Made by a program: the position numbers and the translations under genes
Source: Terrimicrobiaceae bacterium
GTDB taxonomy: Bacteria > Verrucomicrobiota > Verrucomicrobiia > Chthoniobacterales > Terrimicrobiaceae
Length of the DNA: 64,000 bases
Assembly: GCA_044342325.1 (NCBI GenBank)
Contig: JBIIPZ010000006.1
Coordinates: 32,494 to 96,493 of the forward strand
Reading direction: 5' to 3'
Part shown: in pieces, positions 58,124 to 64,000 of the stretch
How the letters are laid out: each line of letters opens with the position of its first letter
Numbering within the stretch: the stretch's first letter is position 1
The notes under the pieces: generated by a model
What the model saw: only the letters and a program-made list of their open reading frames with translations
Told to the model about the DNA's origin: nothing
Databases searched by the model: none

Positions 58124-59384
58124 GTCGCGCCTTACCAAACTCCCCAGCGGCCTTCGCATCGCCACCTGCGAAATGCCCCACGCCGAAACCGCCGCCATGG
58201 GCATCTGGGCCTCTGTCGGAGGACGCCACGAGCCGGCGAGCCTGAATGGTATTTCGCACTTCATCGAGCACATGCTTTTCAAAGGCACCCAGCGTCGCTC
58301 CGCGCGACGCATCATGGAGGAGGTCGAAGGCGTCGGCGGTGACATGAACGCCTTCACCGCCGAGGAGCGCACCTGCTACTACGCCACCGCCGCTGCCGAG
58401 TTTTTCCCCAGAGTCTGCGATGTCCTCTGCGACATCTACATGAACCCCCGCTTCTCGCCACGCGACATCGACCGCGAGCGCGGCGTCATAGCGGAGGAGA
58501 TTCTCATGTATGAGGACGAACCCTCCTCCCGCGTTCAGGAACTCCTCGAGAAAACCCAGTGGGCCGGCCACCCGCTTGGCAGGCCGATCACGGGAACACT
58601 TCAAACCATCGAAGGGATGGACGCCGACGCCTTCCGTGCCTACCGCGCCTCACATTACAACGCGCCAAGCACCGTCGTCACAGCCGCTGGAAAAATCCAA
58701 CACGACGAGGTCGTGGAAAAAGTCGGCGAACTCCTCTCGGGTCTGCCGACTGGAAAATCTCCCGCCGCGAAGCCCTTCCCCGCCCCTACAAAATCCCCCC
58801 GCATCGTCACCGAAGCCCGCGATATCCAACAAACCCAGTTGGCGCTCGCCTTGCCCGCATTGAGTCACCGGGATGAACGCCGCTTTGCCCTCCATCTTCT
58901 CAATGTCGTCCTTGGGACGAATGCCAGTTCCCGCCTCTTCCAGGAAATGCGTGAGAAGCGTGGACTCTGCTACTCCGTGAGCAGTCACTGGCTGAGCCTC
59001 AACGATGGCGGCGCACTCGGCATCTCCGCCGGCCTCGACCGCCGCAACCTGGAAAAATCTCTCCGCCTCATTCTCGCTCAATTCGACCTCCTCCGCAAAA
59101 AAACCATCGGCACCGCCGAACTCCGCCGCGCCAAGGAATACACCATCGGCTCGAACCGCATGGCGCTCGAACGCAGCTCCAGTCAGAATTCCCGACTCGG
59201 AGGAGCCCTCCTCGCCCAAGGCAAAATCGTCGATATCGAAACCGTCAACGAACGCCTGCGCGCCGTCACCCCCGACGACATCCTCGCCATCGCCCGCGAA
59301 ATCCTCGATCCCTCACGCCTCACTATCGCCGTCGTCGGTCCAAACCCCGACGAGCCGATGATCAAAAAGCTCCTCGCCGCCTAA
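58113..59384 (+). CDS. M16 family (pitrilysin-like) zinc peptidase
   Basis: HFIEH (HxxEH), NAFT, SSRLFQEMREKRGLCY. Confidence 0.92.
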   Translation: MANKSRLTKLPSGLRIATCEMPHAETAAMGIWASVGGRHEPASLNGISHFIEHMLFKGTQRRSARRIMEEVEGVGGDMNAFTAEERTCYYATAAAEFFPRVCDVLCDIYMNPRFSPRDIDRERGVIAEEILMYEDEPSSRVQELLEKTQWAGHPLGRPITGTLQTIEGMDADAFRAYRASHYNAPSTVVTAAGKIQHDEVVEKVGELLSGLPTGKSPAAKPFPAPTKSPRIVTEARDIQQTQLALALPALSHRDERRFALHLLNVVLGTNASSRLFQEMREKRGLCYSVSSHWLSLNDGGALGISAGLDRRNLEKSLRLILAQFDLLRKKTIGTAELRRAKEYTIGSNRMALERSSSQNSRLGGALLAQGKIVDIETVNERLRAVTPDDILAIAREILDPSRLTIAVVGPNPDEPMIKKLLAA

Positions 59385-59395
59385 AAAAACACGCC

Positions 59396-59593
59396 CTAAA
59401 AATCCTTGAACTGTTTTTTGAAGTCGCCCAGGGCAACCCAGTTTTCAGCACGGCGATCATCTATTTTTTCCGCCAAAGTGTTTTTCAGCACCAAGTCCTC
59501 GTCGGTTCCAGCCGCCACCAACCTTGCAATCAATTGACGCCTTTCTGGAGATGGCAGCGAGAGCGCCTCTTGAGTGATTTGAGCGAACGACAT
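59396..59593 (-). CDS. Small putative addiction-module (antitoxin-like) protein
   Basis: MSFAQITQEALSLPSPERRQLIARL resembles the ALxLPxxER start of putative addiction module components; 65 aa from ATG 59593. Confidence 0.55.
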   Translation of the reverse strand: MSFAQITQEALSLPSPERRQLIARLVAAGTDEDLVLKNTLAEKIDDRRAENWVALGDFKKQFKDF

Positions 59594-59820
59594 GCGTTTC
59601 CGGTAATCTCCCCGCTTGGAGAAGTCAAATGGGCAGATTTCTTGGCTTAAACTGGGCCTCTCTTCATGCCAACCTGATAGGCAGCCTTCTCTTGGCTGTT
59701 GGTGCGACAGCACCTCGTAAAAATTGGTAGGAAAGCCGCGACGTTTCTGTAACGACACCAGCTCTCGCAACAGGCGCGCACTCAAACTTCAATAGCGATC
59801 CATGAGCAATCGGAATTTTT

Positions 59821-59850
59821 AACCACGAATAGAGCGAATTTTCACGAATG
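59821..59850. repeat. Short CACGAA-type tandem REP-like repeat
   Basis: AACCACGAATAGAGCGAATTTTCACGAATG, three CGAAT units. Confidence 0.4.
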
Positions 59851-59895
59851 GGGAAAAACTAGCGGTAAGTAATTTACGCCTGCATCCTATGACTA

Positions 59896-61086
59896 TTAAA
59901 AACGCCTACGAATCCGGCTTCGGAGCGGTTGGATCTTGGTTGGGCTGTGGCGAGGCGGGGGAGTTTGAGGCGTCGGCAGGGCGCGGACGCTTTCCAGTTG
60001 GCTCGCAAGTGGGGCGTCTCGCTCGGTGACGAAATTCACCACAAGCCCCGGACGACCCGCGCGGGCGGTGCGTCCGACCCGATGCAGGTAATTTTCGATC
60101 TGCTGCGGCAAATGATAGTTGATCACTCGCCCGACATGGTCGACATCCAGCCCGCGTGAGGCCAGATCGGTCGAAACGAGCAGATCCACGGCCCCTTCGC
60201 GAAACAGTTTCAGATTCTGCCGACGCTCCACTTTATCCATTTCTCCACGATAAATCACATGAGCAATGTTCGCGGCAGCGAGTTCAGCGGCGAGCTTGTC
60301 GCATTGCTCTCTCGTGTTCGTAAACAGGATCGTTCCGCCCTCCACTTTCTTTTTGAGCAAACGCTCCAGCAGCGGGAACCGCTGACCTCCAATGACGACT
60401 TGCTGCATTGTCGTGAGTGTCGGGACGACTCGATGGCTACCCGCGCTCCGAATCACTTCTGCTCCAGAAAATAAATCGGCAATGAGTTTTTCCACCGCTG
60501 GCGAGACGGTCGCCGAGAACAAAGCCAGTTGAGGCTTTTGCGGACAGGCCTGGATGATTTTTGTGACATCGGGCATGAATCCGTGATCGAGCATCTGGTC
60601 GGCTTCGTCGAGGATCAGCATTCGGACATCGTCCAATTCCACGAGCCGCCTCTCGAGCATTTGCACAAGCCGTCCCGGCGTTGCGACGAGAATCTCAAAC
60701 GGCCCGGCAAGCCCTCGCTTCGCAACTTCCGTGGTGGTGCCGCCAAGCACCGATCGAACGCGGAGACGAGTCGTGTGAGTGAATGGCTTGAAGGCCTTCG
60801 TGACCTGTTCACCGAGTTCCCGAGTTGGAACCACCACGACAGCCCTTGGCCGAGCTGAAAGCGTGATCGCATCACCCGCGATTTCTAGGCTTTTAATGTG
60901 GTGCATCGCCGGAAGCGCATAGGCCAGCGTCTTTCCGCTCCCAGTCTCTGCAATGCCCACAATCGAGCGTCCGCTCAGGAGCGCTGGTAACGCCCGAACT
61001 TGAATCTCCGTCGGACGCAAGATTCCCTTTTCCAGCAAAGTTTCCTGCAAGGTGGCCAGCAGACCGAATTCAGCAAAAGTATTCAT
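59896..61086 (-). CDS. DEAD-box RNA helicase
   Basis: Q motif PTEIQ, AETGSGKT, PTREL, TPGR, DEAD, SAT, SRGLD, HRVGRTAR; start at ATG 61086. Confidence 0.93.
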   Translation of the reverse strand: MNTFAEFGLLATLQETLLEKGILRPTEIQVRALPALLSGRSIVGIAETGSGKTLAYALPAMHHIKSLEIAGDAITLSARPRAVVVVPTRELGEQVTKAFKPFTHTTRLRVRSVLGGTTTEVAKRGLAGPFEILVATPGRLVQMLERRLVELDDVRMLILDEADQMLDHGFMPDVTKIIQACPQKPQLALFSATVSPAVEKLIADLFSGAEVIRSAGSHRVVPTLTTMQQVVIGGQRFPLLERLLKKKVEGGTILFTNTREQCDKLAAELAAANIAHVIYRGEMDKVERRQNLKLFREGAVDLLVSTDLASRGLDVDHVGRVINYHLPQQIENYLHRVGRTARAGRPGLVVNFVTERDAPLASQLESVRALPTPQTPPPRHSPTKIQPLRSRIRRRF

Positions 61087-61189
61087 CAATCCACGACATA
61101 TATTCCTACTTCCTTCCAATGAGGAGGTATTATCCCGACAACGGGCCAAGTTTTTTTGAAATCAGTTGATCCTGTCTCGAAAACTGAGG

Positions 61190-61415
61190 GTTCGGGTTCA
61201 TTTTCTTTCATTTTTTCCGATACAAAACCCTTCAGCATTTCGGGAACCTCTTTCTCGATCCGCGATAAACCAATGCGGCGGATGATTCTGCTTACATTGG
61301 CTGCGTTTTTCATATCCAGATTCTCGGCGATCACCGCTTGGGATAGCGTTGTCTTTTCCCACAGAAACCATGTAAGCAGCATTTTTGGCGGCTCGGGGAG
61401 CTATGCTCTGCCGAT
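61190..61415 (-). pseudogene. C-terminal fragment of a REP-associated tyrosine transposase (RAYT)-like protein
   Basis: LWEKTTLSQAVIAENLDMKNAANVSRIIRR resembles the HTH tail of RAYT/Y1 transposases; no catalytic HUH part; adjacent to a REP-like repeat. Confidence 0.55.
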
Positions 61416-61448
61416 GGAGAGCAAGAACACGGAGGTCCTCCTCGGCCG

Positions 61449-61546
61449 CCACTGCAGCGAAGCCAACGCGGACGTTGGGGCTCCCATGCCATCCGCAAGA
61501 TTGGTTCTCGCGCCTCCAGACGACAAAATATCAAGAATTAATGCCC
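61449..61546. repeat. ~98-bp direct repeat copy 1 (REP-containing)
   Basis: Near-identical to 62204-62301; contains GCCAACGCGGACGTTGGGGCTCCCA. Confidence 0.9.
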
Positions 61547-61589
61547 GACCCCTTGGACTTAAAAAATTTAAAGACCAAGAAGCGGTAGA

Positions 61590-61929
61590 GGATGCGGATT
61601 TCAAGAAGTTTTCCGAAGTGTATGCGGGAATCCTGCGGCAACTCAGCGCACGACATCCGTCCGTTCGATTTGTGCTATGCGAACCGTTTCTCCTGCCCTG
61701 TGGGATCGCAACACCGGCAATGGTCGAGGACATGCGAAACAGAGCCGTATTTGTGCGGCAACTGGCCCAAGACCACGATGCGGTATTCGTCCCTTTTCAG
61801 TCCGCTTTCGACGCCGCCATGAAAAAAGCTCCCGCTGCACACTGGGCCTATGATGGCATTCATCCAACGGCTGCCGGCTTCTGGCTTCTCGCCGAGACAT
61901 GGCTGAATCATGTGGTTCGGCATGGGTAG
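61590..61929 (+). pseudogene. 5'-truncated SGNH/GDSL hydrolase
   Basis: VLCEPF...WAYDGIHPTAAG block V present; N-terminal GDS block absent. Confidence 0.7.
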
Positions 61930-62025
61930 TGGCCACTTCGATGTGTAGGGATTGAATCTGGCTTCCGCCGTCTTCTGTTTCCTCTTTTAGTGAAAGAGAG
62001 ACTGTTCCCCCGTCGTGGGTTTGTC

Positions 62026-62148
62026 CTGGATCGTCCCAGATGACCTATCCCTACTTGCTTGTGGCGTGACTCCTGCCCGCGAAGCGGAAGCAGGAGGCAC
62101 GCCAGAAGCGCCTAATGCATAGGGATTAAGTCCATCGGCTTGTTCGCC
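62026..62148 (-). mobile_element. Degenerate integron attC site
   Basis: Minus strand: GGCGAAC-5nt-GATGGACT ... long hairpin ... GGTCATC-6nt-GATCCAG; extra-helical G in L''; R' reads GAT instead of GTT. Confidence 0.65.
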
Positions 62149-62203
62149 ATATAGCCTTATCGCATGCGGCAGATCAATGGGAACATCATTTCGGTTGGCG
62201 AGA

Positions 62204-62301
62204 CCACTGCAGCGAAGCCAACGAGGACGTTGGCGCTCCCATGCCATCCGCAAGATTGGTTCCCGCGCCTCCAGACGACCAAATATCAATAATTAATGCC
62301 C
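62204..62301. repeat. ~98-bp direct repeat copy 2 (REP-containing), overlapping the M56 gene stop
   Basis: Contains the palindrome GCCAACGAGGACGTTGGC followed by GCTCCCA; matches 61449-61546. Confidence 0.9.
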
Positions 62302-64000
62302 ACCCCCTTTGAGAACAATCGCCTTTCCGACCCAGTTCACATCCAGGTTTGCTGCTTCGCCAACATACCTCACCGCTTCAAACAATGGCAAGTTGTCCAT
62401 AATCAAAGTAATAAGGGTTTCTTTTGATTTTTGGGAACCTTTCAGAATGATTTCAACCCCTTTTTTCTCCGGATCAAGTTCGCGGCTTTTTGCCCGCAGG
62501 AATTCCAAGGCTTTTTCAACAGATACGTCTGTAAAGTTGATTTTCGGAATGATTATTTTTCCGGCTTTTGGATCTTCGATGGCGGCTTTCGGGTTCCTTC
62601 CGTTATTCGACCCCGGAGCTTTTGCTGCATTAGAATCAAAAGTTTCTCCAAGATAAATTCCGGCATAGGCGTTGCTGCCTCCATCGTAAATGGTGATGTG
62701 GAGCGTGCCCGGGCGCAGAAGCTTAAAGACATACTCAAACTCTGTAGAACCCTTGGAAAGCGACTTGAAGAGCCATGTGGCTCCAACAGGAATAATTGCA
62801 TTTTGCCCGAAATCTCCTTCTCCAGTGCGCCCCAAGATGGTGTTACCCATGTAGAGTTGAGCACTATCGAGTGTCTGCTGCCGACAGACGCCTTTGACCC
62901 GGTAGGTGCCTCCGACCTGAAAATTGGGAACGCTACCTAAAACCTCTTTGATTTCGATGCCGTCACCGTTCTTGAATGTGTTTTTGTTCTTGGGAGTGAT
63001 CGAGATTTTGTTTGGCATAGCCGGAGTAGCGGTCTCGGTCTCGGTCGCAGCTGCGGCCGCTGGCGTTGAAGCATTGGAACCGCTCTCGGCGGCATTAACC
63101 ATGAGCAGTCCTGCGCTGACAGCGAGGATGGATGCGGTTCCCAGCATGAGTCGCCGGGCGTTAGTCGATTGATATTTTGTAATCATAATGATGCGTTGTT
63201 TGATTTGGTTTTTTGTTTCCAGGATGCCGACTGCGGGGAGCATGGATCGACCCGGCCGAGACAGACCCAGCACCCGCAGCAGCGTTTTTGCGTAGGCGTG
63301 ACTCCCGGAATGGGAGGTGTGCGCCATGACAAATTCATCGCAGGCCAGCTCGCGGTCCTCGCGCGCCAGCCGCCCCGCCAGCCAGACCAGCGGGTTAAAC
63401 CAATGGACCGCCTGCGAAACAACAAGCAGCCCTTGCAAGAGAAGATCGCGGCGTTTGAGATGCCCGAGTTCGTGCAAAACAACGAGCCGCAATTCCTCGT
63501 CGGAAAGCTGGTCGGCGAGTCCCAACGGAAAAAGCAGGCGCGGCCTCCAAACACCAAACAATGCCGGACCGGAGAGGGCGTCCATTTCCAAAACCGGAAT
63601 GGGATTCAGCCCCATGGCTCGCGAGCAGCTGGAAACGGCCTGTTCCGTCCGTTTTCCGGCCCGCCGGCCGCTGCGTGAGAGCTGACGCCGGAACGAAAGG
63701 CTCGCCCAAAAATAAGCCAGAAGCACAGTCGCCACGCCGGCCGCCCAGACGATCGCCAGCGTTTTTTCATTCAATAGAATCTCACGGAGCGAAGCGGCGG
63801 CGGGAGGAGCAACGCTGTTGGGCACAACCGGCGCAGATGCGGAAACGAATGGCACCGTATCGAAGTCCATCGCGGAGGTCCACGGTGCGGGAGGAAGATA
63901 GCGCGCGGCGCTCACAGAAACAGGCACATCAAATGGCAGCAGCAGCCTGAGCGCCACGAGCACCCAAAACAAATAAATCACCCGTGCATCCAGGAACCGC
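62293..64000 (-). CDS. M56 family (BlaR1/MecR1-like) metallopeptidase sensor with extracytoplasmic domains; 5' end outside window
   Basis: WVLVALRLLLP, LHELGHLKRRD, HWFNPLVW, RELACDE, KQRI; C-terminal secretin-N-like domain IIIPKINFTDVSVEKALEFLR. Confidence 0.9.
   Translation of the reverse strand, partial: RFLDARVIYLFWVLVALRLLLPFDVPVSVSAARYLPPAPWTSAMDFDTVPFVSASAPVVPNSVAPPAAASLREILLNEKTLAIVWAAGVATVLLAYFWASLSFRRQLSRSGRRAGKRTEQAVSSCSRAMGLNPIPVLEMDALSGPALFGVWRPRLLFPLGLADQLSDEELRLVVLHELGHLKRRDLLLQGLLVVSQAVHWFNPLVWLAGRLAREDRELACDEFVMAHTSHSGSHAYAKTLLRVLGLSRPGRSMLPAVGILETKNQIKQRIIMITKYQSTNARRLMLGTASILAVSAGLLMVNAAESGSNASTPAAAAATETETATPAMPNKISITPKNKNTFKNGDGIEIKEVLGSVPNFQVGGTYRVKGVCRQQTLDSAQLYMGNTILGRTGEGDFGQNAIIPVGATWLFKSLSKGSTEFEYVFKLLRPGTLHITIYDGGSNAYAGIYLGETFDSNAAKAPGSNNGRNPKAAIEDPKAGKIIIPKINFTDVSVEKALEFLRAKSRELDPEKKGVEIILKGSQKSKETLITLIMDNLPLFEAVRYVGEAANLDVNWVGKAIVLKGGGH

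Noticed and set aside
59702..59720. GTGCGAC as a group II intron 5' end
   Set aside because: Only a small hairpin; no reverse transcriptase ORF or domain V.
61134..61197. Imperfect inverted repeat CCCGACAAC...GTTCGGG upstream of the helicase, as a second attC or attI
   Set aside because: Central pairing is poor and the spacer lengths do not fit attC geometry; cannot be supported without a covariance model.
61156..61929. 257-aa ORF in the track
   Set aside because: Chance read-through of antisense RAYT, repeat DNA and a GDSL fragment; only the last ~110 codons look coding.
1..64000. CRISPR array, tRNA/rRNA, prophage or intact IS; many long overlapping antisense ORFs
   Set aside because: No repeat-spacer periodicity, cloverleaf, phage gene or intact transposase was seen. 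Shadow ORFs are expected with GC-rich codon usage.

Overview
This is a 64 kb GC-rich bacterial chromosome segment. Gene content and order and the REP-type repeats suggest Verrucomicrobiota, probably Chthoniobacterales/Spartobacteria-like (inference). Positions 1-59.4 kb are mostly housekeeping genes: a bactofilin pair, an aminotransferase, rarA, pyrR-pyrB-pyrC, a 2-oxoacid dehydrogenase E1a-E1b-E2 operon, two mscS paralogs, rpmE-prfA, argA-SSS-COG0523-WD40, gltA-lolD-recR, DUF2334-glmS, tgt-dxr, rseP-ispG, yicC-gmk-coaC, a histone H1-like gene, metH-ppaC, pal, dksA-rpmG-rpsR, tyrA-aroA-cmk-plsC and accA-lptF. The last 4.6 kb is a decayed accessory region with an orphan antitoxin-like ORF, a DEAD-box helicase, RAYT and GDSL fragments, a duplicated REP-containing repeat, a degenerate integron attC site and an M56/BlaR1-type sensor. 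Most notable: (1) Tgt is fused to an MnmC/MnmD-type methyltransferase. (2) A relic of the mscS duplication carries a silenced in-frame rpmE'-'prfA chimera. (3) A REP-doublet insertion duplicated the pyrC start and left a relay mini-ORF. (4) Phased DnaA-box-like repeats lie over the promoter of the histone-like gene. (5) A zinc-finger-degenerate DksA carries a histone H1-like tail. (6) A PyrR binding loop occludes the pyrR ribosome-binding site. No rRNA, tRNA or CRISPR array was seen. All family calls come from motif recognition by eye and all mismatch counts are manual; no database search was run.
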